This document shows positions 1-15,790 of a stretch of DNA of 64,000 bases, piece after piece (position 1 is the first letter of the stretch; every line of letters starts with the position of its first letter). Origin of the DNA: an uncultured delta proteobacterium (GTDB taxonomy: Bacteria; Myxococcota_A; Polyangia; Fen-1088). The notes beneath the pieces were generated by a model, which saw nothing but the letters and a program-made list of their open reading frames with translations, had not been told where the DNA came from and did not search any database. The position numbers and the translations under genes were made by a program. Where the stretch lies: contig CAVYGB010000008.1 in NCBI GenBank assembly GCA_963767925.1, forward strand, positions 288,001 to 352,000, written 5' to 3'.

Positions 1-1184
1 ACGCCGAGACGAACGCGGAGATCCGGTTCCACCGGATGGACCTGCGCTGGCAGGGCAGGGTGGGGCCGGGCCGCCTGCTGGTCGGCAACGCCGTGGGGCT
101 CGACCAGTCCGCGGTCTCGCTGGACCCGGTCGTGCGCCTGCCCATCCGGATCCGCACCACCAGCCTGGCCCCCCGGGTGGGATATGTCGTCTCGGGCGAC
201 CGGCTGGACTGGGAGATCGGTGGCGATGCCGAGTCGCAGTGGCTGCGCCCCCGCTTCGAGCGGGAGGACACCGAGCCTCAGGGGCTGTCGGCCAATCGGC
301 TGGTGCTGGCGGCGGGCGGTTACACCTCGCTCACCTGGCGGCCGACGCCGGACATCCAGATCGCGCCCGGCCTCCGCTACGACGTCTTCTTCGAGGCCGA
401 TGCCCGCAAGATCGAGCCGGGCCCCCGCGTCTCCATGCGGTTTCGGCCGGGCGGCGAGACCTGGCTCAAGGCCCAGGTGGGCCGCTTCTCGCAGATGGCG
501 AGCCTGCCGGTCGCGGTGCCGGGCTTCGAGAGCTTCGGGTTGAGCACCCTGGGCACCCAGACCTCCAAGCAGGGATCCTTCGGCATCGAGCAAGGCCTCG
601 CCGAGGCCCTGTCCCTCGACGTCACGGGCTTTTACCAGCGGCTGCTGCTCACCGATCTGCTGAGCGTCTTCAATTACGACCCCGCCGATCCACGGTTGCT
701 CGAGCTCCGGGACGGCGAGAGCTACGGGGTCGAGGTGATGCTGCGCCGCTCGCAGAACCGCAGCTTCTTCGGTTGGCTGGCTTATACCCTGTCCTGGAGC
801 CAGCGCCTGGTGGGTCCGAGCCGCGCGAAAGCCTGGTCGGACTGGGACCAGCGTCACGTCCTCAACCTCGTCACCGGCGTGCGTTTTGGCGGGGGATACA
901 GCCTGGGAACGCGCTTTCACCTCAACACCGGCCGGCCCTACCCGGTGTTCGACGAGGACAACCCCGGGCCACCCGACTACACCCGCCTGCCGACCTTCTA
1001 TCAACTCGACATCCGGGCGGACAAACGCTTCGTGTTCGAGAACTACGTCCTCGATGTGTACGTGGAGGCGGTCAACACGACGCTGACCCGGCAGGTTTTC
1101 GACATCAAGCGGGTCGGGGGCCGGGTCGACGAGAAGGCGTACAAGATCGTGCTGCCCTCGGTGGGCGTGCACGCCGAGTGGTAG
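1..1184 (+). CDS. TonB-dependent receptor, C-terminal beta-barrel part (5' end outside window)
   Basis: Frame is open from the window start. It has TBDR barrel motifs (PGLRYD, GESYGVEVMLR, FGWLAYTLS, DWDQRHVLN, RLPTFYQLDIRADK) and ends in an aromatic residue (GVHAEW). Confidence 0.85.
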   Translation, partial: AETNAEIRFHRMDLRWQGRVGPGRLLVGNAVGLDQSAVSLDPVVRLPIRIRTTSLAPRVGYVVSGDRLDWEIGGDAESQWLRPRFEREDTEPQGLSANRLVLAAGGYTSLTWRPTPDIQIAPGLRYDVFFEADARKIEPGPRVSMRFRPGGETWLKAQVGRFSQMASLPVAVPGFESFGLSTLGTQTSKQGSFGIEQGLAEALSLDVTGFYQRLLLTDLLSVFNYDPADPRLLELRDGESYGVEVMLRRSQNRSFFGWLAYTLSWSQRLVGPSRAKAWSDWDQRHVLNLVTGVRFGGGYSLGTRFHLNTGRPYPVFDEDNPGPPDYTRLPTFYQLDIRADKRFVFENYVLDVYVEAVNTTLTRQVFDIKRVGGRVDEKAYKIVLPSVGVHAEW

Positions 1185-1343
1185 TCGCGCCTGGTAGTGG
1201 GGTGTGGGAGCCGGACGGCTCGACTACAACCTGTACGAGAACCTGAGCGGAACACTTTAGAAACCCGTCCGCCGAGCTCCAGGTAAATCGGAGCAAGGCC
1301 CTTGATTTTGACGGGTCGCTCGGATTATATCCGCGCCAGCCGC

Positions 1344-2000
1344 ATGGGCTCCCCCTCACTGTTTCGGCCTAGACACAATACCCTCGCCCGCCTCACGCTC
1401 CTCGTTGCTGGTGCTGGAGCAGTCGGAACCCTTCTCGGCGTCATGGGTTACGTGCGCAGCCCGCTCGCTCGAGGCATGCAGGATCCGGTCGAGCAACCCA
1501 TCCAGTTCGATCACCGTCACCACACGCGTGACGAGGGGATCGACTGCATGTTCTGCCACACGACCGTCGATCGATCGCCGCACGCCGGGATCCCCGACTC
1601 GCAGCTTTGCATGAACTGTCACTCGCAGATCTGGAACCAGAGCCCCTTGCTCGAGCCGCTCCGCCGGAGCTTCTTCGAGGGCAAGCCGATCGTCTGGCAG
1701 AAGGTCAACGACGTGCCCGACTTCGTGTACTTCAACCACGCTATCCACGTGAACAAGGGCGTCGGCTGCGTGAGCTGCCACGGCCGCGTCGATCAGATGG
1801 CCGCCGTGCAGAAGGCCGAGACCCTGACCATGAGCTTCTGTCTCGATTGTCACCGTCGGCCCGAGCCGCACCTGCGGCCGGTCGAGGAGGTCACCAACAT
1901 GGCCTGGAAGCCGGAGTTCGACCCGCTTGCCTTCGGCACCGAGCTCAAGCAGCAGAACCAGGTTCACACCCGGACCAGTTGCACGACCTGCCACCGTTGA
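1344..2000 (+). CDS. actA: Alternative complex III pentaheme cytochrome c subunit ActA
   Basis: One N-terminal TM helix, QPIQFDHRHH, five CxxCH motifs (CMFCH, CMNCH, CVSCH, CLDCH, CTTCH) and PDFVYFNH. First gene of an act operon. Confidence 0.92.
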   Translation: MGSPSLFRPRHNTLARLTLLVAGAGAVGTLLGVMGYVRSPLARGMQDPVEQPIQFDHRHHTRDEGIDCMFCHTTVDRSPHAGIPDSQLCMNCHSQIWNQSPLLEPLRRSFFEGKPIVWQKVNDVPDFVYFNHAIHVNKGVGCVSCHGRVDQMAAVQKAETLTMSFCLDCHRRPEPHLRPVEEVTNMAWKPEFDPLAFGTELKQQNQVHTRTSCTTCHR

Positions 2001-2091
2001 AAGTCATGAGCGTCGATCACCCCGCCTCGACAAGTTCCTCACCGTCTTCCCCCCCGCATCGCCGTCGCCGATCCGATCGCGCTCCCTGGCG

Positions 2092-5149
<3,058 letters not shown>

Positions 5150-5152
5150 ACC

Positions 5153-6578
<1,426 letters not shown>

Positions 6579-6582
<4 letters not shown>

Positions 6583-7163
6583 GCGAGGCGGGAAGTTCCC
6601 ACGGGGGGGGCCACGGGGACGCCTTCGTCCCCCAGCGTTTCGTGCTGGCCGAGTTCCCCACGCCCGACGCCCTGCTCGAGGGGACCCGCAAGATGCGGGA
6701 GAAGGGCTGGAAGGGGCTCGACACCCACACCCCATACCCGCTGCACGGGATCGAGGCGGCGCTGGGCCTGGGCCGGCCGCGCATCCCCACCATCGTCCTG
6801 GGCGGGGCCATCGCCGGCGCCGTGCTGGGCTACGGGATGATGTACTTCATGAACGTGGTCGACTTCCCCATCAACGTCGGGAACCGGCCGCCCCACTCGG
6901 CCCCCGCCTTCATCCCCATCACCTTCGAGCTGGCGGTCCTGCTGGGGGGCGCCTCGGCCTTCTTCGGCTCTCTGCTGGCGCTGTTCAAGTTCCCCACCCC
7001 CTATCACCCGCTGTTCGAGTCGGAGAGCTTCCGCCGGGCCAGCATCGACGGCTTCTTCCTGTCGATCGAGGTCCTCGAGCGCAAGCGCCCCGAAGACATC
7101 ATGGACGACGCCCGGCTGCTGGGAGCAGTCAACGTCGAGGTCGTCGAGGAGAGATTCCGATGA
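6579..7163 (+). CDS. actD: Alternative complex III subunit ActD (DUF3341)
   Basis: [32 protein letters not shown] and [12 protein letters not shown] overlap with actC. Confidence 0.88.
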
Positions 7164-7753
7164 TCGGGCGGCAGGTTTTCTCCGGGCTGGCCCTGCTGGC
7201 CCTGCTGGGCGGAGTCGGTTGCGACGAGGACGCCATCAACCCGATGGCGGCCCGCCAGCCCCGGGTCGGCACCTACTCGCCGAGCGAGTTTTATTCCGAC
7301 GGGCTGGGCATGCGCCAGCCACCGGTGGGTACGGTCCCCCGCCAGCGCATCACCGGCAACCCCGCCCTGACGAGCGGAAAACAGGGCGCCGTCTACTCGA
7401 GCACCTTCCCGGTCCGGATCGACGAGGCGCTCATGCGCATCGGCCGGAAGCGGTACGACGTCATCTGCGGCACCTGCCACGGCCCCCTCGGCGACGGGGA
7501 CAGCATCGTCGCCAAGCAGATGTCGCTGCGCCCGCCGCCGTCGCTCATCGATTATGCCAACCGACCTACCGGGTATCTGTTCGAGGTGGTCAGCAAGGGG
7601 CACGGCCTGATGGCCTCCTACGCGGCGGAGCTTCCGGTGCCGGAGCGCTGGGCGGTGGTGGCCTACGTGCGGGCCCTGCAGATCAGCCGGACCGCGACCC
7701 TGGACAAGGCGCCGCTGGCCGAACGGACCCGGCTCGAGAAGGAGACCCCGTGA
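7160..7753 (+). CDS. actE: Alternative complex III monoheme cytochrome c lipoprotein ActE
   Basis: Lipoprotein-type signal (LLGGVGC), [11 protein letters not shown], a single [13 protein letters not shown] and [12 protein letters not shown]. Confidence 0.88.
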   Translation: MIGRQVFSGLALLALLGGVGCDEDAINPMAARQPRVGTYSPSEFYSDGLGMRQPPVGTVPRQRITGNPALTSGKQGAVYSSTFPVRIDEALMRIGRKRYDVICGTCHGPLGDGDSIVAKQMSLRPPPSLIDYANRPTGYLFEVVSKGHGLMASYAAELPVPERWAVVAYVRALQISRTATLDKAPLAERTRLEKETP

Positions 7754-8940
7754 ACATCCCCGCGCAGACGTACCAGGGCGGCGCCTTCGCCAAGGTGATG
7801 GGGGTGGGAGCGGTCTTCACCGGCATCGCGGTGGCCGGCATCTTCATCGATCGCGAGGCGGCCCTCTTCTCCTACCTGGTGGCCTTCGTCTACTGGGCGG
7901 GGGTGGCGCTGTCCTCCCTCATCCTGCTGATGATCTTCCACGCCTTCCGGGCCAAGTGGATGGTGGTGCTGCGCCGGCCCCTCGAGGTCATGGCCATCAC
8001 CGTCCCGGTGTACCTGGTGCTGGCGATCCCCGTCTTGCTCTGCCTGGGCGACATCTACAGCTGGGTCAACCCGGAGGGGCGGGGAATCTTCACCACCCAC
8101 GAGCTTCACCTCATCCACCAGAAGGGCGCCTACCTGAACCCGACCTTCTTCATCGCCCGGACGGTGGGGTACTTCGTGGTGGGCGGGCTGGTGGGCTGGC
8201 GGCTGTTCGGCCTGTCGACCCGCCAGGACAGCTCCGGCGACCCCCAGCTCACCCAGCGCCAGCGTAACCTGGGGGTGGGAGCCCTGCCGTTGATGGCGAT
8301 GGTCATCACCTTCGCCTCCTTCGACTGGATGATGAGCCTCAACCCCACCTGGTTCTCCACCATCTTCGGGGTCTATTACTTCGCGGGCAGCTTCTGGAGC
8401 ACCATCGCCATCCTGATCATCGTCATCACGATGGCCCGGGGCCGCGACGCCTTCGCCGATCAGGTCAACGTCGAGCACATCCACAACCTCGGCAAGCTGC
8501 TGTTCGCCTTCACCTGCTTCTGGGCCTACATCGGGTTTTCCCAGATGATGCTCATCTGGATCGCCGGCCTGCCCGAAGAGGTCCCGTTCTACATCGTGCG
8601 CATGAAGGGGGAGTGGGCGGCGGCGGGGATCGCCCTCATCGTGGGGCACTTCTTCATCCCCTTCGCGCTCCTGCTGTCGCGAGACATCAAGCGCAACCCC
8701 GTCCGCCTGAGCATGGTGGCCGGCTGGGCGCTGCTGATGAACCTGCTCGACATCTTCTGGCTCATCATGCCCACGCTGGACCCCAACCACGTGACGCCTC
8801 ACTGGACGTTGCTGTTCGCCTTCGTCGGGCTGGGTGCGCTGGGGACGGCGTTCGGGCTGTGGAAGCTCCGCGGGCATCACACGTTGCCCGTGCGCGATCC
8901 CTTCCTGGAGACGTCCCTGCGCTATAGGCAACCGGTATGA
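7750..8940 (+). CDS. actF: Alternative complex III membrane subunit ActF
   Basis: GTG start overlaps the actE stop. Polytopic protein with [27 protein letters not shown] and [13 protein letters not shown]. Confidence 0.88.
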   Translation: MNIPAQTYQGGAFAKVMGVGAVFTGIAVAGIFIDREAALFSYLVAFVYWAGVALSSLILLMIFHAFRAKWMVVLRRPLEVMAITVPVYLVLAIPVLLCLGDIYSWVNPEGRGIFTTHELHLIHQKGAYLNPTFFIARTVGYFVVGGLVGWRLFGLSTRQDSSGDPQLTQRQRNLGVGALPLMAMVITFASFDWMMSLNPTWFSTIFGVYYFAGSFWSTIAILIIVITMARGRDAFADQVNVEHIHNLGKLLFAFTCFWAYIGFSQMMLIWIAGLPEEVPFYIVRMKGEWAAAGIALIVGHFFIPFALLLSRDIKRNPVRLSMVAGWALLMNLLDIFWLIMPTLDPNHVTPHWTLLFAFVGLGALGTAFGLWKLRGHHTLPVRDPFLETSLRYRQPV

Positions 8941-9377
8941 GTAACCCCCACTCCTCTACCCAATCGACGGCCCACCCGCCTGCCACCGGCGGGGCCGAGG
9001 ACGACGTCAACGTCAAGCTGATCCTCGGGGTCGGCCTGGTGTCGCTGATCGTGTTCGCGCTGTCGGCGGTGGTGGCCCACTGGATCTTGACCCGGGACGA
9101 GGCCGAGCTGCAGAAGCGGGGCGTGGCTCCGATGGTGCGCGGCATGGCCAAGCTGGACGAGATCGGGATCATCGACGCGGTCCCCTTCGACGCCGACCAG
9201 CGCCTCGACAGGTGGCGGGCGGAGAAGACGCGGACCCTCAGCTCCTACGGCTGGGTCGACCGCAAGAAAGGGATCATCCACATCCCGGTCGACGAGGCGG
9301 TCAAGGCGCTGATTCGCCAGACGCCTCCTCCTGCCGGCACACCTCCCGGGGGCGCCGCGCCGGGAGGGACGCCATGA
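8937..9377 (+). CDS. actG: Small single-TM protein, ActG-like
   Basis: One TM helix and the motif LSSYGWVDRKKGIIHIPVDEA. Sits between actF and SCO, the usual actG position. Confidence 0.65.
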   Translation: MSNPHSSTQSTAHPPATGGAEDDVNVKLILGVGLVSLIVFALSAVVAHWILTRDEAELQKRGVAPMVRGMAKLDEIGIIDAVPFDADQRLDRWRAEKTRTLSSYGWVDRKKGIIHIPVDEAVKALIRQTPPPAGTPPGGAAPGGTP

Positions 9378-10285
9378 ACCCGCTCTTCAAATCGGCCGCG
9401 ACGTTCACCACGACCCAGGGCCTGCGGCGCCCGCTCGGCCTGGCCCTGCTGCTGGTCCTGGCCGTCCCCGGATCGGCCTCGGCCTACATGCGCAACCGCG
9501 GTCCCATCGCCAACGTGTCGGCGGGCGAGGGGCGCTTCAGCGACGCCGACATCAACGTCATCGAGAACCTGGGTCAGCGCATCCCCGGAGGCCTCAGCTT
9601 CCAGGACGGTCGCGGGCACCGGGCCGATATCGACCCCCTGCTCGGCAAGGACAAGCCCCTCCTGGTCACGCTGGGGTATTACCGCTGCCCGCTGCTCTGC
9701 AACCTCGTGCACCAGGGTCTGGCCAAGGGGCTCAAGGAGGCGGGGATGTTGCCCGGGCGCGACTTCCAGGGCCTCTCGGTCAGCGTCGACCCCAACGAGG
9801 AGCCCAAGACCGCGGTGACCAACCAGCGGCGCCTGCTGCGCGCGCTGGGGGCGCCTGGCCCGGAGAACGACGTCCACTGGCCCTTCCTCATGCCCGCGCC
9901 GGGGCGAGAGGGCGAGGTGGCCCGCCTGGCTGACTCGGTCGGCTTCCGCTACAAATACGACGAGAAGGCCCGGCAGTTCGCCCACGCCGCGGTGGCCCTG
10001 GTGCTGACTCCGGAGGGCAAGATCTCCCGCTACCTCTACGGAGTGGACTTCAAGCCGCGCGACCTGCGCTTCGCCCTGGTCGAGGCCAGCGGGGGCCGCG
10101 TCGGCACCACGCTCGATCGCGTCCTGCTCACCTGTTTCAAATATGATCCCATGACCCAGGGTTACACGCCGTACGCCTTCGGTTTCGTGCGCATCGGAGC
10201 GCTGCTCTCGTGCGCGGCTCTGTTCACCTTGCTGGCCGTGCTCTGGCACCGCGAGTGGCAGAACCGCCGCAGGAGGCTGGCATGA
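9374..10285 (+). CDS. SCO1/SenC family copper chaperone
   Basis: YYRCPLLC (CxxxC), QFAHAA, GKISRYLYG, LLTCFKYDP and a C-terminal TM helix. Lies upstream of oxidase subunit II. Confidence 0.88.
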   Translation: MNPLFKSAATFTTTQGLRRPLGLALLLVLAVPGSASAYMRNRGPIANVSAGEGRFSDADINVIENLGQRIPGGLSFQDGRGHRADIDPLLGKDKPLLVTLGYYRCPLLCNLVHQGLAKGLKEAGMLPGRDFQGLSVSVDPNEEPKTAVTNQRRLLRALGAPGPENDVHWPFLMPAPGREGEVARLADSVGFRYKYDEKARQFAHAAVALVLTPEGKISRYLYGVDFKPRDLRFALVEASGGRVGTTLDRVLLTCFKYDPMTQGYTPYAFGFVRIGALLSCAALFTLLAVLWHREWQNRRRRLA

Positions 10286-11336
10286 ACGAGTGGGTACAGG
10301 GGCTCAACGAGCTGATGCGGCGGCTGCTGGTGCTGCCGGAGCAGGCGTCCACCTTCGCCATCCGCATCGATCGGCTCCACTACTTCGTCTTCATCGTCAC
10401 CATGGTCTCCTCGGTGGGAGTGGGCCTGGCGTCGGTTTACTTCTTCTTCCGCTATCGCGAGCGACAGAAGAACGCGTCGACCCCCAAGGTGGTCCCCAGC
10501 GTGCGGTTCGAGACCATCGTCATCGCGATCCCGCTGTTCTTCTTCCTGGTCTGGGTCTACGTCGGATTCCGGGACTACATCTGGTACACGAACACCCCCA
10601 AGGGGGCGATGGACGTCTACGTCACGGGGAAAAAATGGATGTGGCACTTCGCCCATCCCGACGGCCCCAACGCCAACGCCACCTTGACCGTCCCCGCCCA
10701 CCGGCCGGTGCGGCTGCTGATGACCAGCCGGGACGTGATCCACTCGTTTTTCGTTCCCGCAGTTCCGGATCAAGCAGGACGTGATCCCCGGTCGTTACAC
10801 CGAGACCTGGTTCGAGGCGACCAAGGCCGGGCGCTATCGCATCTACTGCACGGAGTACTGCGGTACCTGGCACTCCCAGATGGTGGGTGAGGTGGTGGTC
10901 CTCGAGCCGTCCGACTTCGACGTCTGGCTGGCCGCCCGCCGGCAGGGCCTCGTGCAGCGGGCCGACACGAGCGGGGGGGCCGAGTTCGGTCAGGAGACCT
11001 TCCGGGGTGACCTGGCCAGTCACGGCCGGCGCCTGGCGGCCGTGCACGGCTGCTTCAAGTGCCACACCATCGACGGGCAGCCCCACATCGGGCCGACCTG
11101 GATCGATCTCTACCGCCGCCCAACCCTCCTCCAGAACGGGGAGACGATCGTCGCCGACGAGGGTTATCTCACCGAGTCGATGATGGAACCCTACCTCAAG
11201 ATGGTGAAGGGTTATGCCCAGGTGATGCCCAGCTTCCGGGGGCAGCTCAGCGCCCCCGAGGCGGCGGCCCTGGTCGAGTTCATAAAAACCCTCCGGAGCG
11301 ACGCTCTGGAGAATCTGCCCGCGAAGGAGCCGACTT

Positions 11337-11359
<23 letters not shown>
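10282..11359 (+). CDS. ctaC: Cytochrome c oxidase subunit II with fused cytochrome c (caa3 type); frameshift near 10760
   Basis: Two TM helices, KWMWHF and DVIHSFFVP, then the CuA motif CTEYCGTWHSQM and a C-terminal CFKCH in ORF 10781..11359. Confidence 0.9.
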
Positions 11360-12995
<1,636 letters not shown>

Positions 12996-13019
12996 TCTCA
13001 GAAGGTCGGGAGGCCAGCC

Positions 13020-13685
13020 ATGAGCTCGCCCAAGACGACCGCTCCGGCGGACGGGCACCACCCCTGGTACCTGGCGCACCACTTCGACAACATGAAGGTC
13101 CAGAACCAGGCGGTTCGGCTGGGGATGTGGCTGTTCCTCGGCACCGAGGTCCTGCTGTTCGCCGGCCTCTTCCTGGGCTACGCGGTCTACCGCTGGCTGT
13201 ACCACGACGCTTTCGCGGCGGGCGCCCACTCCCTCAACCTGACCCTCGGCACCATCAACACGGTGGTGCTCATCACGAGCAGCTTCACGGTGGCCTGGGC
13301 CTACCACGCCGTTAAACACGACCAGATCAAGCTGGGCGTGCGGCTGCTGGCCTTCACCATCCTGTGCGCGGTGGGCTTCCTCGTCATCAAGTACTTCGAG
13401 TACCACCACAAGTTCGAGGTGGGGCAGCTCCCGGGCCGCCACTACTTTTACAGCGGGATCCAGGCCCCCGGGATCAACATCTACTTCGCGGTCTATTTCC
13501 TGGCGACCGGGCTACACGCCTTCCACGTCATCGTGGGCATGAGCGTGCTGGCCTGGGTGCTGGTGCGGGTTCGCAAGGGCAAATATTCGTCCGAGCACTA
13601 CGTCCCGGTCGAGCTGGGCGCGCTCTACTGGCACCTCGTCGACCTGGTCTGGATCTTCCTTTTTCCCCTGCTTTATCTCATCTGA
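13020..13685 (+). CDS. ctaE: Cytochrome c oxidase subunit III
   Basis: GMWLFLGTEVLLF, NTVVLITSS, TGLHAFHV and LYWHLVDLVWIFLFPLLY. Confidence 0.93.
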   Translation: MSSPKTTAPADGHHPWYLAHHFDNMKVQNQAVRLGMWLFLGTEVLLFAGLFLGYAVYRWLYHDAFAAGAHSLNLTLGTINTVVLITSSFTVAWAYHAVKHDQIKLGVRLLAFTILCAVGFLVIKYFEYHHKFEVGQLPGRHYFYSGIQAPGINIYFAVYFLATGLHAFHVIVGMSVLAWVLVRVRKGKYSSEHYVPVELGALYWHLVDLVWIFLFPLLYLI

Positions 13686-13692
13686 CGGAGCA

Positions 13693-14079
13693 TTGGCGTT
13701 GGCTCAGCACGAAACGGCTCACAAGGGTTCGGAGGGCGCTCACGGCATCGGCCGCTACGTCCTGATCTGGGCGCTGCTGCTCGGCTTTACCATCCTCACG
13801 GTGGTCACCGGGCGCATCAACCTCGGGTCGGCCAACATCTTCATTGCCATGCTCATCGCCACCACCAAGGCCACCCTGGTGGTGCTGTTTTTCATGCACC
13901 TGTGGGACGAGGGGGGGGTCAACCGGCTGGTGTTCGTCGTCTCGGTCCTCTTCCTCGTCGTGCTGCTGCTGGGCACGTTCGGCGACCTCATGTGGCGTCT
14001 GCCCATCAGCCTCCCGAACGAGGGCCCCCTCCCGATAACCGGCCAGGGGAGCCCCGTAACTCCTCCCGCGGCGCACTAG
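13693..14079 (+). CDS. ctaF: Cytochrome c oxidase subunit IV family protein
   Basis: Three TM helices and KATLVVLFFMHL. Follows subunit III; start codon uncertain. Confidence 0.85.
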   Translation: MALAQHETAHKGSEGAHGIGRYVLIWALLLGFTILTVVTGRINLGSANIFIAMLIATTKATLVVLFFMHLWDEGGVNRLVFVVSVLFLVVLLLGTFGDLMWRLPISLPNEGPLPITGQGSPVTPPAAH

Positions 14080-14146
14080 AACAGGTCGCAGTTCTCCCCG
14101 TCGGATGCATCTTCGACCCTGGACGGGGTGCGAGGAGGCTCTAGCG

Positions 14147-14806
14147 ATGGGATGTGTACAGGGTAGGCGGTGGCTAGTCGCGGCATTGCCGGTCGCGACG
14201 CTGCTGGTGGCGGGCCCGGTCGCCGGGCAGGCTCCCGAGAAGGCGCCGGCGCATCCGGCTAGCCCGGAAGGGAGCCGGGGAGAGGGACGGGTCGTCAAGG
14301 AGGAGCCGGTCGTTCCCCTGGACAAGAAGGTGCAACGCCTGCGGGCAGAGCGCAGCGGCCAGCTCGAGGCGGTCCATCTCGAGGATCCGGGCGCCCAGAT
14401 CGCGCCCGCGCCGCAGCTCACCCCCCCGGTGGAGATCGAAGTGCCGGCGCCCGAGCCGAGCGTGGATCGCCCCGAGAGCGTGCCCGAGCTGGCGGCTGCC
14501 GAGAAGCAGCGCTGGTTCCGGACGGCCCCCTGGCGGGCCCGCTTCGCAGACCTGCGGCGCTGTCCCGGGGAGGTGGCGATCCGGCGGTCGGTGCGGATCG
14601 GAGCGGTGCCGGCGGGCCCGGTGCTCTTGCGCTGGACCACCGACGGGCAGGGGCGGGTGCGGGACGCCGCGGTGGTGGCGGCCGGGCAACCCGTCGATCC
14701 CGACGTCATGACCTGCGTGCACGCCAGGATGGAGAGGTGGGAGCTGACCCCACCGGCCACGCCGTTCCGGGTCCAGTGGACCCTGACTCTGCGCGCCCGC
14801 CGCTGA
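14147..14806 (+). CDS. Secreted protein with AgmX/PglI-like (TonB C-terminal-like) domain
   Basis: GAGGAGG precedes the ATG. Signal-like N-terminus, Pro-rich linker, then RC...GPVLLRWT...GRVRDAAV...MTCV...RWEL. Confidence 0.5.
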   Translation: MGCVQGRRWLVAALPVATLLVAGPVAGQAPEKAPAHPASPEGSRGEGRVVKEEPVVPLDKKVQRLRAERSGQLEAVHLEDPGAQIAPAPQLTPPVEIEVPAPEPSVDRPESVPELAAAEKQRWFRTAPWRARFADLRRCPGEVAIRRSVRIGAVPAGPVLLRWTTDGQGRVRDAAVVAAGQPVDPDVMTCVHARMERWELTPPATPFRVQWTLTLRARR

Positions 14807-14834
14807 ACGGTCTCCGGTGTATCCTCACCGGACC

Positions 14835-15746
14835 ATGGGCAAAAAGACGTCCCGCCTGTTCAACGCCGCCGCCCTCAGGCGCGTGCGCCTGGGAGCGGTG
14901 TTCGCCGCCGCCCTGCTGGCCGGCGCCGGGTCGACGGCGCAGGCTGACGAGGCCGCGGTCCACTACAACATGGCCCTGCAGCTCAAGCGCCAGGGCAAGA
15001 TCTCCGAGGCGATCGTCGAGGCGGAGAAGGCGGTCAAGCTGCGCTCGGACTACGGCGCCGCCTATTTCACCCTCGGCAACCTGTGGCGGCAGCAGGGCGA
15101 TTACCCCAAGGCCACCACGGCGCTCGAGAAGGCCGTCGACCTGCAGCCCCAGGACGTGGCCGCGCGCTCCAACCTGGGGACCCTCTACCTGCGCCAGAAA
15201 CGCATGGACGAGGGCGTCAAGCAGCTCGAGGCGGCCCTCGACCTCAAGCCCGACGACTACGAGACCCTGGTCTCCCTCGGCTTCGCCCACCGGCAGAAGG
15301 GCGATCTCCTGAAGTCGATCGCCTACCTCACCAAGGCCACCGAGCTGCGCCCCAAGGAGGCCACCGCCTGGAACAACCTGGGGGTGGCCCTGGCCCGCAC
15401 CGAGGAGAAGGAGCGGGCGATCGCGGCCTTCAAGAAGGCGCTCGAGATCGAGCCGACGAACGCCGACTACCACTTCAGCCTGGCTGCCACCTACCGGCGC
15501 CAGCGGCGCACCGAGGAGGCCATCGGCGCCTACCAGGCGGCCTTGAGCCACAACCCCCGCCTGGCCAACGCCTACTACGACCTCGGCGTCCTGTACTCCC
15601 AGAACAAGCAGCCGGAGCTGGCCCTGGAGGCGTTCCGCAGCTACGTGAAATACGGGGCCAGCGCCGACCCGGCCTCCCGCAAGGACGCCGAGGAACGCCT
15701 CAAGTCGCTCGAGAGCGCGCTCGGCGACGACCCCAAAAAGAAGTAA
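14835..15746 (+). CDS. Tetratricopeptide repeat protein, probably exported
   Basis: Signal peptide followed by serial 34-aa TPR units (AYFTLG, ARSNLG, AWNNLGVAL, AYYDLGVLY). Confidence 0.88.
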   Translation: MGKKTSRLFNAAALRRVRLGAVFAAALLAGAGSTAQADEAAVHYNMALQLKRQGKISEAIVEAEKAVKLRSDYGAAYFTLGNLWRQQGDYPKATTALEKAVDLQPQDVAARSNLGTLYLRQKRMDEGVKQLEAALDLKPDDYETLVSLGFAHRQKGDLLKSIAYLTKATELRPKEATAWNNLGVALARTEEKERAIAAFKKALEIEPTNADYHFSLAATYRRQRRTEEAIGAYQAALSHNPRLANAYYDLGVLYSQNKQPELALEAFRSYVKYGASADPASRKDAEERLKSLESALGDDPKKK

Positions 15747-15790
15747 CCGAGCGAAGTGAGCCGACCGATCAGAAGATCGGCCGACGAGCG